The position numbers and the translations under genes are program-made. Under the pieces are notes generated by a model that saw only the letters and a program-made list of their open reading frames with translations, was not told where the DNA came from and did not search any database. Shown here piece by piece: positions 8,120-17,992 of a DNA stretch of 64,000 bases (its first letter is position 1; each line of letters opens with the position of its first letter). The stretch is from Acidobacteriota bacterium (GTDB lineage: Bacteria; Acidobacteriota; Vicinamibacteria; Vicinamibacterales; UBA2999), in assembly GCA_046726375.1 (NCBI GenBank), contig JBKPAJ010000007.1, positions 6,488-70,487 of the forward strand. The letters are read 5' to 3'.

Positions 8120-10292
8120 CGCCGCAAGCGTTAGAGTAATTCTTCTTCTCGTCTGGCTGATCGCAAGCGGAGCTGTGTACGCACAGCCCACCGCCGGTTC
8201 CTTCATCGTCAAGGTTGCCGATCAAACCGACGCGGCGCTGCCTGGCGTCGACGTCGAACTGCAGATTGAGGGACAGCCGCCGCGAACCGGCGTGACCAAT
8301 CCTCAAGGTGAGTTTGCGTTTACGAACCTTCCGCCCGGTCGCGCCGAGCTCGTTTGCAAACTGATCAACTTTGCCACGGTGCGCCGCGACGTGGCCGTCA
8401 CGCCCGGGCCGATGGCACGCATCACCGTCGTGATGCACCTGTCGCTCAACGCCGACGTCATCGTGACCGGGCAAAGCACCTTCCGCAACATCGCCGATCT
8501 CGACAACCCGGCAGAAAATCTCGTGGGAGTTGAATCTGCGGCAAGCCAGGGCGCAATCACGGCCAGACAGCTCGAAGCGCGACCCATCATGCGGCCGGGC
8601 GAGGTCCTCGAGACCGTCCCGGGCCTGATCGTCAGTCAGCACAGCGGGGAGGGAAAGCAAATCAGTATTACCTCCGCGGCTTCAATCTCGATCACGGGAT
8701 CGACTTCGCGACGACGATCGCAGGCACGCCGATCAATATGCCGTCGCATGGGCATTTTCACGGCTATTCGGATACGAATTCGTTGATACCCGAGCTCGTG
8801 AGCGGCGTGCAATTCAAGAAGGGCCCGTATTTCGCGGAGACGGCGATTTCTCCGCCGCCGGATCCGCGAACATCAACTACGTCAATCAGCTCGCACGGCC
8901 GATCGTGAATCTCAGCGCGGGCGCTGAGGAATGGGGTCGCGTCTTTGCCGCTGCATCGCCGCGCGTGAGCAACGGGTTCTTGCTGGGCGCGATCGAGCTC
9001 AATCACAACGACGGGCCGTGGAATCGGCCGGACGATTACCGCAAAGCGAACGGCCTGCTGCGTTATACGCAAGGCGATGCGCGCAAACGGGGACGGGGCG
9101 GCGATCGTTACGAACCTCTGCGTACCTCATTGGCTACGGCCTCAATCTCTTTTCGAACTTCACCTATTTCCTGGACGATCCGGTCAACGGCGATCAGTTC
9201 GAGCAGGCGGACCGTCGGCTCACGTCGGGCGGCCGTATCACTTACAAGATGCTCGGGCGCGTGAACGGCCGCAACGTGGAAAGCCCCTTTGGTGCGCAGG
9301 TGCGTCACGACGGCATCGGCACCATCGGGCTCTACAAGACGATCAAGCGGCAGCGCCTCGCCACGACACGCGACGACGCCGTGGACCAGACAGCGCTGGC
9401 CATGTTCGGTCAGAGCGAAATCGAGTGGAGCTCGCGTCTCAGGATGACGGCTGGTCTTCGCGCCGATCTCTACCGCTTCGACGTGACGGCGAGCGACCCG
9501 GTGAATTCGGGGCGCGATGTCGAGGGTCTGGTCAGTCCGAAGTTCGGCATGGTGCTCGGGCCCTGGGCCAGCACCGAGTTTTACCTGAACGCCGGCTTTG
9601 GATTTCACAGCAACGACGCACGCGGCGCGACGATCACGCGCGACCCGCTCACCGGTGAACCTGCCGCGCGGGTGACGCCGCTGGCGCGCGCGCGCGGAGC
9701 GGAAGTGGGTTTCCGCACGGTGCGATTGCGCGGCCTGCAAACGACGCTGTCGTTGTGGCGGCTCGATCTCGACTCGGAGTTGCTGTACGTGGGCGACATC
9801 GGAACGACAACCGCGACGCCGCCAACCTCGCGTTACGGCGTCGAGTTGGCGAACTATGCGCGTCTGAATAGATGGCTCACGCTCGATGCCGACATCTCGT
9901 TTTCACGCGCGCGCTTCACCGGCGGCGAAGTGGAAGGAGGTTATGCGCCCGGCGCGGTGGATCGCGTAATTTCCGCTGGGATCACCGCTGAACCGGTCCA
10001 TCGTTGGTTCGGCAGCATGCGCCTGCGGCACTTTGGTCCACGTGCGCTCGTGGAAGACGGCAGCGTGCGATCGGACCAGACCACGATCGTGAACGGCGAA
10101 GTCGGACTTCGGCTCTGGCCGCGGGCGCGGGTGACGGTGGAAGGGTTCAACCTGTTCGACGCGAAGGTGAGCGACATCGATTATTTCTACACGTCGCGAT
10201 TGCCCGGTGAGCCGGCCGAAGGCGTGGACGACATTCACACGCACCCGGCCCTGCCGCGTACGGCGAGAGTGGCGTTGCAGCTGACGTTTTGA
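8088..10292 (+). pseudogene. TonB-dependent receptor (CarboxypepD_reg N-domain + plug + barrel) disrupted by at least three frame changes
   Basis: Track pieces 8088-8786, 8905-9264 and 8931-10292, plus an unlisted frame segment, read as one receptor: ...GEVLETVPGLIVSQHSGEGK | ANQYYLRGFNLDHGIDFATTIAGTPINMPSHGHFHGYSD...KKGPYFAE | GDFSAAGSANINYVNQLARPIVNLSAGAEEW...LLRYTQGDAR | AYLIGYGLNLFSNFTYFLDDPVNGDQFEQ ... RVALQLTF. Frame changes lie near 8655-8658, 8840-8842 and within 9085-9122. Confidence 0.75.
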
Positions 10293-10302
10293 CGGCAGAA
10301 CT

Positions 10303-10395
10303 CTTCCAAGTCGTTCCTTGAGTTCAAAGTTCAAAGTTATTGGCAAAGTGTGTGAGTTAACTTTGAACTTGGAACTTGGAACTTGTAACTTTCGG
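10303..10395. repeat. GTTCAAAGTTC / GAACTTGGAAC word hairpin at a convergent gene junction
   Basis: Left arm cttccaagtcgttccttgagttcaaagttcaaagtt. Right arm aactttgaacttggaacttggaacttgtaac. The right arm overlaps the last codons of the MFS gene. Confidence 0.8.
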
Positions 10396-11712
10396 ATCCA
10401 TTGTCCAGCGCAGCGAGAACATCACGATTGCAGAGATCGCCGCGGGAACGGCGGCGGAATAAAACAGATCCTGCATCGACCATTGACGGCGAATGAGTTC
10501 GCCGGCGAGCACGGGGCCGACGATCGCGCCAAGGCGGCCGATGCCCAGGCCCCATCCGATGCCCGTCGATCGCAAGTAAGTGGGATAAAACGTGCCCGCC
10601 AGCGCGTTTACCGTCGGCTGACTTCCGACCACGCAGGATCCCGCGATAAAGACCACGACATACAACACCGCGAGCGCGATGCCTGGCTGTCCGATCGCGG
10701 CAATCGTGATCGCCGCAACCGCAAACGCCGTCGTGAGCACAGGAATGAATCCGAGGCGCCCGATCAACCACGCCAGCCAGAACGTGCCGAGCGTCCCGCC
10801 CACCTGCAGAGTCGTTCCGACGAGCACCGCCGTGGACGTTGGATATCCCAGCCCGCGGACGACAGTGGGCAGCCAGTTCGAGAGGAAGTACAGGTTATAA
10901 AGATTCATGAAGCAGACGATCCACAGAAGGATCGTGCCGGCCGCGCGCCCTTCACGAAACAGATGCACCACCGGCACGCCGCCGCGATTTTCTTCATGTA
11001 CGAGGAATTTCGTGTCAGGTCCAACTGACACTGTTGGATCGATACGCTGCAACCACTTTTCAACGCCGCGGCGATTCCGACTGCGCAGCACGAGGAATTG
11101 GAGCGACTCCGGCAGCCACACCCACATCAAGAGGGCAATCACCAGCGGCACAGCGCCACCGAAGTAAAACACCGAACGCCAGCCGAAATTCGGAATCAAC
11201 CATGCCGCGATGAACCCGCCGATCGCGGCGCCGGCGGTAAAGCCCACGGAGATTGTCGCCATGAGCGACACGCGCGAGCGCTTCGGACTGTATTCCCCGA
11301 TCAGTGCCGTTGCATTCGGGATGATCGATCCCAATCCGATGCCCGCGATGAATCGCACGATCAGCAGTTGCTGCACGTTGCTGGCTTGCGCCGTCACCAG
11401 CGTCATCAGCGAAAAGAACAGCGTCGCGCCAATCAGAATCGGGCGGCGTCCCAACTTGTCGCCGAGCATCGTGAACACGAGCGAGCCCACGAGCACGCCG
11501 AAGTTGCCGGCGCCGAAGACCGGACCGAGCGCTGCTTGCGGAATTCCCCACTCCTGGATGATGGCGGGCGCGGTGTATCCCACGGCCTGCACGTCGAAGC
11601 CGTCCATGATCAGACAGAGCGCGCACAGCACGAACAGCCCGATCTGCAGCGTTCCGATCCGGCTTCGGTCAACGATGTCGGCGATATTCAGCGTCGGCAC
11701 GGCGCACACCAT
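10357..11712 (-). CDS. MFS transporter, aromatic acid:H+ symporter-like
   Basis: Last 451 aa of track ORF 10357..12537, from ATG 11712. Twelve-TM pattern with LMDGFDVQAVGYTAPAI, GDKLGRRP and similar motifs, resembling the 4-hydroxybenzoate/gentisate transporter subfamily. Confidence 0.8.
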   Translation of the reverse strand: MVCAVPTLNIADIVDRSRIGTLQIGLFVLCALCLIMDGFDVQAVGYTAPAIIQEWGIPQAALGPVFGAGNFGVLVGSLVFTMLGDKLGRRPILIGATLFFSLMTLVTAQASNVQQLLIVRFIAGIGLGSIIPNATALIGEYSPKRSRVSLMATISVGFTAGAAIGGFIAAWLIPNFGWRSVFYFGGAVPLVIALLMWVWLPESLQFLVLRSRNRRGVEKWLQRIDPTVSVGPDTKFLVHEENRGGVPVVHLFREGRAAGTILLWIVCFMNLYNLYFLSNWLPTVVRGLGYPTSTAVLVGTTLQVGGTLGTFWLAWLIGRLGFIPVLTTAFAVAAITIAAIGQPGIALAVLYVVVFIAGSCVVGSQPTVNALAGTFYPTYLRSTGIGWGLGIGRLGAIVGPVLAGELIRRQWSMQDLFYSAAVPAAISAIVMFSLRWTMDPKVTSSKFQVQS

Positions 11713-11823
11713 AGCACGTGAGACGCTCCACTGTGCGATATCAGTGTTGACATCAGCCGGGCGCGGGAATAACGTAGCCGGGCCACTTGTCTGAACAACG
11801 TCGACCCCGCTTAGGAGGGTTTG

Positions 11824-14800
11824 ATGAGGCGCATCCTGAAGGTCCTGTCCCTGACAATTTCTCTGTGGGTCTTCGCGACCGGCGCGGCGTGGGCGCAGGC
11901 GACTGCGCAAATCAGCGGGGTGGTGCGAGATCAACAGGGTGGTGTGCTGCCGGGCGCTGATGTCACGGCCACGCAAACCGACACCGGCGCAAAACGCAGC
12001 GCCATGACCGACGTCGCAGGGTTCTACACCTTGCCCAACCTGCCCGTCGGCCCCTATCGGATTGACGTCACGCTGCAGGGATTCAAAGCCTTCTCGCAAA
12101 CCGGCATCGTCTTGCAGGTCAACGCCAGCCCGGTAATCAACGTGTCTCTGTCGATCGGCGAGCTGGCCGAAACCGTGTCGGTGCAGGGCGAATCGCCGCT
12201 GGTCGACACCTCGCGCGCCGGCATCGGGGAAGTGATTGAGAACGCGCGCATCATGGAGTTGCCACTCAACGGGCGCAACCCCACCGACTTGATCGAGCTG
12301 GCGGGCGCCGCGGTGAACGTGCCGGGGCAGGGCGCCTCCACCCGCAGCTTTCAGGGAAGCTCCGGCGGGCAGGGCATTTCCGTCGCCGGGGGCCAGACGT
12401 TCGGCACCGCGTACGTGCTCGACGGCGCGATGCACAACAACCCGTACGACAACTTGAATCTGCCGCTGCCGTTCCCCGATGCGTTGCAGGAGTTCCGCGT
12501 CGAAACCGGCGCCAGCGCCGCATCGAACGGCGTGCACTCGGGCGCATCGGTGAGCGCCGTCACCAAATCAGGGACCAACGTGTTCCACGGCGACGTCTTT
12601 GAGTTCTGGCGCAATCACGAGTTCAATGCCACCAACCCCTTCGCGCTCACCGGGCCCGACGGAAAACGCCGCGATGACGGCCTCAATCGTCATCAGTTCG
12701 GCGGCGTCATCGGCGGACCGCTCGTCAAGAACAGGTTGCATTTCTTCGCCGGCTATCAGGGAACGAAGATCGACCAGACGCCGACCGACAACATTGCCTT
12801 TGTGCCGACACCGGCGATGCTCAACGGAGATTTCTCGGCCATCACCTCGCCGGCATGCAATGCCGGACGTCAGATCACGTTGAACGCCCCCTTTGCGGGC
12901 AACCGGATCGATCCCGCGCGCTTCAGCCCTGCGGCGCTCAACCTCGCGCGTCGCTTGCCCTCGACAACCGATCCATGCGGACGCGTCGTGTTTGGCACTG
13001 CCGCCAATCGCGACGAAGGGCAGGTGGTGACGCGCGTCGACTATCAGTGGAAGCACAATCACACGATCTTTGGACGCTACATCGGCACCTCGTACAACAC
13101 TCCGCCGGCGCTGTCGATTACGCCGGACAATCTGTTGACGTCGCCCTTCGGTGGGTTCGACAACTTCGGTCACACGCTGACGGTGGGCGAGACGTGGGTG
13201 GTGAACTCGACGATGGTCAACTCCGTGCGATTCGCGTGGAACAACACCGATGTGCATCGCTATCACGAGGGCTACTTCAACGCCAACGATCTCGGCATCA
13301 ATATGTACAGCTACCTGGACGACTACTTCATCGCGAGCATCACGGGTGGCTTCAACGTCGGGAGCGGCGTCAACAACGAGGCGCGGTTCAAGACCACCAC
13401 GTATCAATTCAGCGATGACTTGACCTGGATCAGGGGCTCGCATCAAATCGGCTTCGGGATCAACGCCGCGCGCTGGGATTCCCTCTCGCTGGCGCACGTG
13501 CGCTCGCCCGGCACGTTCAACTTCAACGGCAACGTGACCGGTCTCGGCCTTGCGGACTTCCTGGTTGGAGTCTCGAGCCAGTTCCTGCAGGCGGCGCCGA
13601 ATACGCTCGACATGTATCAGTACTATTTCGCGCTGTACGGCGCCGACACCTGGCGCGTGAGCCCCAAGCTGACGCTGAACTACGGCTTGCGATGGGAGCC
13701 GTTCCTGCCGCAGCAGATTCCGAACGGCTACATCTATAATTTCGATCTCGATCGCTTCCGCCAGGGCGTCCACAGTCAGGTGTTCCCGCTCGCGCCGGCC
13801 GGATTCGTGTATCCCGGCGATCCTGAATTCGTGGGCGGTTATTCCGGGATGAACAAGCGGTGGACCAACTTCGCGCCCCGCGTCGCCGCGGCCTTTGATC
13901 CGAGCGGCGACGGTCGCACGACAATTCGCGCGGGCTACTCGCTCGGCTACGACTTCGTCAACGGCCAATATCACTTGAACACGTCGGTCGCGCCGCCGTG
14001 GGGCGCCGAGGTGCGGTTGACAAACGTGCCGCTCGATAGTCCGTTTGCCACGTTCCCGGGCGGCAATCCGTTTCCACGCGTCTTCAGCACGTCAACCACG
14101 TTCCCTGCGTTCGGGTCCTTTCTCGCCGTCGATCCGGATACCGACAACACGCGCCAGCACTCGTGGAACCTCGTGTATCAGCGCCAGCTTGGCAGCAACA
14201 TGCTGGTGTCGGCGAGCTACATCGGCAGCCACACGTCGAACCTGTGGAACATGAAAGCGCTCAATCCGGGCGTGTTCCTCGGCACCGGCCCGTGCACGCT
14301 GCCGCTCGCGACCCCGCCCAATCAGGCCGTCTGCTCGACCGACGCGAACTTGAACGCGCGCCGCGCGTTGAGCCTCGAGAACCCGAGCGAAGCACGTTTC
14401 ATCGGTCACCTCGATCAACACGATCCGAGCGGCCGCGCCAACTACAACGGCCTGCTCCTTTCCTTTTCGCGGCGTCAGGTGCGCGGTATCGGCTACAGCG
14501 GCAACTACACGCTGTCGAAATGCGACAGCCACCCGACGCAGTCGCTGCCGAACGTCGGCACCGGCTGGGCCGATCCGAACAATCCGGATTACGACTACGG
14601 CCCATGTGAGTCGGATCGGCGTCATATCGTGAACGCAACCGTTGGCTACGATCTGCCCGAGTTCTCCAACGCCGCGCTGCGGGCGATCGCATCCGATTGG
14701 CGCGTAAACGGCATTTTCCGCGCGCAGTCGGGTGGGCCGCTTACGATCACGTCCGGTCTCGATCGCTCGATGACGGGGGTCACCACCAATCAGCGGGCGG

Positions 14801-15171
14801 ATCTCGTCGGCGGCGATGGCTACGGCGACAAGTCGTTGAACCAGTGGCTTGATCGCGCCGACTTCGCGCAACCCGCGCTGGGCACGCTCGGCAATTCCGA
14901 ACGCGGGGGCTGGCGCGGTCCGTCGCGCTGGACGATCGACATGGTCGTCGCGCGCATGTTCCGCCTCGGTGGAACGCACGAAGTTGAACTGCGCCTGGAA
15001 ACGTTCAACCTCACCAACCATTTCAACTGGGGCAATCCGGTGACGAACCTGGCGAACCAGAACTTCGGTCGAATTCTCGGCGGCAACGGCGGGGGGGCCG
15101 GCAGTGCGGCGGAACAGGCCGCAGGCACGAGCCCGCGTGTGTTGCAATTCGGCATCAAGTACAACTTCTGA
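11824..15171 (+). CDS. TonB-dependent receptor with N-terminal carboxypeptidase-regulatory-like domain
   Basis: 1115 aa. AGGAGGG precedes the start. Signal peptide, ISGVVRDQQGGVLPGADVTATQTDTGAKRSAMTDVAGFYTLPNLPVGPY (CarboxypepD_reg), plug, long barrel, terminal ...LQFGIKYNF. Confidence 0.9.
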   Translation: MRRILKVLSLTISLWVFATGAAWAQATAQISGVVRDQQGGVLPGADVTATQTDTGAKRSAMTDVAGFYTLPNLPVGPYRIDVTLQGFKAFSQTGIVLQVNASPVINVSLSIGELAETVSVQGESPLVDTSRAGIGEVIENARIMELPLNGRNPTDLIELAGAAVNVPGQGASTRSFQGSSGGQGISVAGGQTFGTAYVLDGAMHNNPYDNLNLPLPFPDALQEFRVETGASAASNGVHSGASVSAVTKSGTNVFHGDVFEFWRNHEFNATNPFALTGPDGKRRDDGLNRHQFGGVIGGPLVKNRLHFFAGYQGTKIDQTPTDNIAFVPTPAMLNGDFSAITSPACNAGRQITLNAPFAGNRIDPARFSPAALNLARRLPSTTDPCGRVVFGTAANRDEGQVVTRVDYQWKHNHTIFGRYIGTSYNTPPALSITPDNLLTSPFGGFDNFGHTLTVGETWVVNSTMVNSVRFAWNNTDVHRYHEGYFNANDLGINMYSYLDDYFIASITGGFNVGSGVNNEARFKTTTYQFSDDLTWIRGSHQIGFGINAARWDSLSLAHVRSPGTFNFNGNVTGLGLADFLVGVSSQFLQAAPNTLDMYQYYFALYGADTWRVSPKLTLNYGLRWEPFLPQQIPNGYIYNFDLDRFRQGVHSQVFPLAPAGFVYPGDPEFVGGYSGMNKRWTNFAPRVAAAFDPSGDGRTTIRAGYSLGYDFVNGQYHLNTSVAPPWGAEVRLTNVPLDSPFATFPGGNPFPRVFSTSTTFPAFGSFLAVDPDTDNTRQHSWNLVYQRQLGSNMLVSASYIGSHTSNLWNMKALNPGVFLGTGPCTLPLATPPNQAVCSTDANLNARRALSLENPSEARFIGHLDQHDPSGRANYNGLLLSFSRRQVRGIGYSGNYTLSKCDSHPTQSLPNVGTGWADPNNPDYDYGPCESDRRHIVNATVGYDLPEFSNAALRAIASDWRVNGIFRAQSGGPLTITSGLDRSMTGVTTNQRADLVGGDGYGDKSLNQWLDRADFAQPALGTLGNSERGGWRGPSRWTIDMVVARMFRLGGTHEVELRLETFNLTNHFNWGNPVTNLANQNFGRILGGNGGGAGSAAEQAAGTSPRVLQFGIKYNF

Positions 15172-15180
15172 GGTCGGGCA

Positions 15181-16047
15181 ATGAAAGTTCTTATCTTTGT
15201 GGGAGCGCTGCTGGTGAGCGTCCCCGCATTCGCTCAAGTCGATCTCTCCGGCGAATGGACACCCGTCCGCGAGGAAGACAACACCGGCAATACCGAGCTC
15301 GGCGACTGGGGCGGCATCCCGATGAACCAGGCGGCGCGCGAACGCGCCATGGCCTGGATGGCGTCGATCCAAACGTTGCCCGAATGGCAATGCCGTCCAC
15401 ACGCGGCGACCTACATCTCGCGCGGGCCCTCGCAGCTGCGCATCTGGAAGGAAGTGGACCCGGTGTCACGCGAGGTGACGGCGTGGCATATGGAGTGGCT
15501 GCGCTCGGTGGAAAAAGCCGTCTACATGGACGGCCGCGCGCGGCCCTCAGCGAACGCGCCGCACACATGGGGCGGTTTCTCACTCGGCGAGTGGCAAGGC
15601 GACATCCTCAAGTTCACTACGACGCACATCAAAGAAGAGTATTTGAAGCGCAACGGCGTGTTCCACAGCGATCGCGCCACCGTGACCAATTACTTGATTC
15701 GGCGCGGCAACTATCTGACGTGGTTGATGGTGGAATACGACCCGGCGTACTTGACCGAGCCACTGATCCGCAGCACCGAATATCAGATCGATCAGCATCA
15801 GAACATGCCGCCTTACCCGTGCAACGTCGTCGAGGAAGTCGATCGGCCGAAAGGGATCGTGCCGCACCACCTGCCGAGCAGCCGCTCGTATCTGCAGGAA
15901 GTTCAGTACTTCGCGGATAAGTACGGCATTCCGTTCGAGGCCGTGCAATCGGGCGCCGAGACGATGTACCCGGAGATCGTGCAGAAGATCGAGAAGTACC
16001 GCAAAGCGGCGCCGGCTAACACTCCGCGACGCCAGCAAGAGAAGTAG
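15181..16047 (+). CDS. secreted protein of unrecognised family (type A, 'EWQCRPH' motif)
   Basis: Signal peptide MKVLIFVGALLVSVPAFAQ. Motifs DLSGEW, LPEWQCRPH, YLKRNGVFHSDRATVTNY, DPAYLTEP, PYPCNVVEE. A paralog forms the N-terminal half of 20774..22432. Confidence 0.75.
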   Translation: MKVLIFVGALLVSVPAFAQVDLSGEWTPVREEDNTGNTELGDWGGIPMNQAARERAMAWMASIQTLPEWQCRPHAATYISRGPSQLRIWKEVDPVSREVTAWHMEWLRSVEKAVYMDGRARPSANAPHTWGGFSLGEWQGDILKFTTTHIKEEYLKRNGVFHSDRATVTNYLIRRGNYLTWLMVEYDPAYLTEPLIRSTEYQIDQHQNMPPYPCNVVEEVDRPKGIVPHHLPSSRSYLQEVQYFADKYGIPFEAVQSGAETMYPEIVQKIEKYRKAAPANTPRRQQEK

Positions 16048-16049
16048 CC

Positions 16050-17162
16050 ATGAGATCGCATTCGTTCACGTTTATCGCCGCGCTGTGCGCCGCGGCCGTC
16101 GTCGGTGCTCAAACGCCAACTCAGAAGGCGGCGGACACCGAGCTCGAAGCGCTGCACGTCAAGGGCAACATCTACACCATCTTCGGCGCGGGTGGGAACG
16201 TCACGGTGTCGGTCGGCAAAGACGGTGTGTTGGTGGTCGACACCGGGTTGCCGCAGAACGCCGACAAACTGCTTGCGACCATTCAGCGTTTGCAGCGCGA
16301 GGCGCAGGCGAAGGAAGCGCCACCCTCGCTCGGGTGGGGCGCGGAAACCCGCGGCACGCTGCAGATGTCGCTCAATGGCGTTGCGCCGCCGAAACCGATC
16401 CGCTACATCGTCAACACGCACGTGCATCCGGATCATGTCGGCGGCAACGAAACGCTGCGCGCGTCGGGAAAGACGTTCACGGGCGGCAACGTCGCCGGCG
16501 ATATTTCCGACGCGACCGAAGGGGCAATGATCCTCTCGCATGAGAATGTGCTCAATCGGCTCGGGACGCCGCCGGCGGGTCAGACGCCGGCGCCCGAAGG
16601 CGCGCTGCCGACCGACACGTATTACGGCGATGCGATGAAGCTGAGTCACTTCTTCAACGGTGAAGGCGTGCAGCTGTTTCATCCGAAGAACGCCCACACG
16701 GATGGCGATACGTTCGTCTTTTTCCGCGGCTCCGACGTGATCGTCGGTGGCGATTTGTTTGTGATGACGACCTACCCATTCATCGACATCGAGCGGGGAG
16801 GCCACATCAACGGGATTATCGATGCCGTGAACCACATGCTCGATCTCACGGTGCCGGAGTTCCGCCTCGAGGGCGGCACGATGGTGGTGCCCGGACACGG
16901 CCGGCTGTCCGATTCGGGCGATCTCGCGTACTACCGCGACATGCTCACGATCATTCGCGATCGCGTGCAGGACCTGGTCAAGAAAGGGATGACGCTCGAG
17001 CAGGTCAAGGCCGCGCGCCCCACCAAGGATTACGACCCGCGCTGGGGTGCGACGAGCGGTTTCTGGACGACCGATCAATTCGTCGACGCGATCTACAAGA
17101 ACTTGTCCCCGAAGCCAGCGGCGAAGCCGACGCCAAAACCGTCGAAAGGCAGCGCACGTTGA
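16050..17162 (+). CDS. secreted MBL-fold metallo-hydrolase
   Basis: Signal peptide, then YIVNTHVHPDHVGGN (HxHxDH motif) and later HTDGD, PGHG. Confidence 0.85.
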   Translation: MRSHSFTFIAALCAAAVVGAQTPTQKAADTELEALHVKGNIYTIFGAGGNVTVSVGKDGVLVVDTGLPQNADKLLATIQRLQREAQAKEAPPSLGWGAETRGTLQMSLNGVAPPKPIRYIVNTHVHPDHVGGNETLRASGKTFTGGNVAGDISDATEGAMILSHENVLNRLGTPPAGQTPAPEGALPTDTYYGDAMKLSHFFNGEGVQLFHPKNAHTDGDTFVFFRGSDVIVGGDLFVMTTYPFIDIERGGHINGIIDAVNHMLDLTVPEFRLEGGTMVVPGHGRLSDSGDLAYYRDMLTIIRDRVQDLVKKGMTLEQVKAARPTKDYDPRWGATSGFWTTDQFVDAIYKNLSPKPAAKPTPKPSKGSAR

Positions 17163-17977
17163 TGGTGCGCGTCGCGACGATTCTCGGCTGCACGCTCGCG
17201 GCGTGCGTGGCAGTGGCCGCGCAGCAATACCCCGGCGCGCCGCCGGCCGCACCGGCTGGGCAAGCGCCGGTCGCAAATCCACGTGCGGCGGCGCCGATCG
17301 ATCTCACCGGCTATTGGGTGTCGATGTTGACCGAAGACTGGCGCTGGCGTGTCGTCACTCCGCCGAAAGGCGACGTCCTCTATCTGCCGGTGAACGCGGA
17401 GGGACGGAAGCTCGCGGAGGCGTGGGACCCGGCCCAGGACGAAGCCGCGGGTGAGCAGTGCAAGCCGTTCGGCGCTGGTGGTGTGATGCGCTTGCCAGGG
17501 CGGCTGCACATCACGTGGGAAAGCGATCAGGTGCTGCGCCTCGATACCGACGCTGGGACGCAGACGCGGCGCTTCTACTTCGGTCAGGCCCCGGCGGCGA
17601 CTGAGCCAACGTGGCAGGGCCGATCAGTTGCGAACTGGCAGTTTTATGGACCGGCACGCGGCCGCGGACGCGGCGCGATGCAGGGATTGGAGCTGCCGAC
17701 GGGCACCGCCAGCCCAGCGCGACGCGGTGAGCTTCGTGTGGTCACGCGTGATCTGCGGCCCGGCTATTTGCGGCGCAACGGGGTGCCGTACAGCGAGAAC
17801 ACAGCGATCACCGAGCACTTCACGACGATCAAGGAGGACAACGGCGACGAGTACCTCGTGGTGACGACGATCCTCGAAGACCCGAAGTATCTGGCGGCGC
17901 CGTACGTGCGCAGCTATCAGTTCAAGAAGCAGCCGGATAGCAAGGGTTGGAACCCGACGCCGTGTTCGGTGAAATAA
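17162..17977 (+). CDS. secreted protein of unrecognised family (type B, 'TEDWRWR' motif)
   Basis: ATG 17162 overlaps the MBL stop (TGATG). Motifs DLTGYWVSMLTEDWRWRVVTPPKGD, EQCKPFGAGG, YLRRNGVPYSENTAITEHF, DPKYLAAPY, PTPCSVK. A paralog forms the C-terminal half of 20774..22432. Confidence 0.75.
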   Translation: MVRVATILGCTLAACVAVAAQQYPGAPPAAPAGQAPVANPRAAAPIDLTGYWVSMLTEDWRWRVVTPPKGDVLYLPVNAEGRKLAEAWDPAQDEAAGEQCKPFGAGGVMRLPGRLHITWESDQVLRLDTDAGTQTRRFYFGQAPAATEPTWQGRSVANWQFYGPARGRGRGAMQGLELPTGTASPARRGELRVVTRDLRPGYLRRNGVPYSENTAITEHFTTIKEDNGDEYLVVTTILEDPKYLAAPYVRSYQFKKQPDSKGWNPTPCSVK

Positions 17978-17992
17978 ACATCGTACGCAGGA

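Noticed and set aside
7187-8212. 341-aa minus-strand ORF spanning the repeat block and the small secreted protein gene
   Set aside because: Its sequence is repeat-derived low complexity (…REIKEVNNREIKEISELE…GEIRELMDRED…). It is antisense to a gene with a good RBS and signal peptide. It is open only because the word repeats lack stops.
8655-9122. Programmed ribosomal frameshifting in the TonB receptor
   Set aside because: There are three separate frame changes, no slippery heptamer or downstream structure at the sites, and an apparent loss of conserved residues. Decay or sequencing error is the simpler explanation.
11713-12537. N-terminal 275 aa of track ORF 10357..12537
   Set aside because: It overlaps the TonB receptor gene on the other strand. 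The MFS 12-TM core is complete from ATG 11712.
12568-17282. Long antisense ORFs 12568..13974, 14092..15402 and 15903..17282. The same applies to 46146..47687, 53107..54540, 58288..59676 and 61782..63104.
   Set aside because: Each lies opposite a gene with clear family motifs. Their translations are Arg/Ala/Gly/Pro-rich with no motifs, as expected for antisense frames in high-GC DNA.
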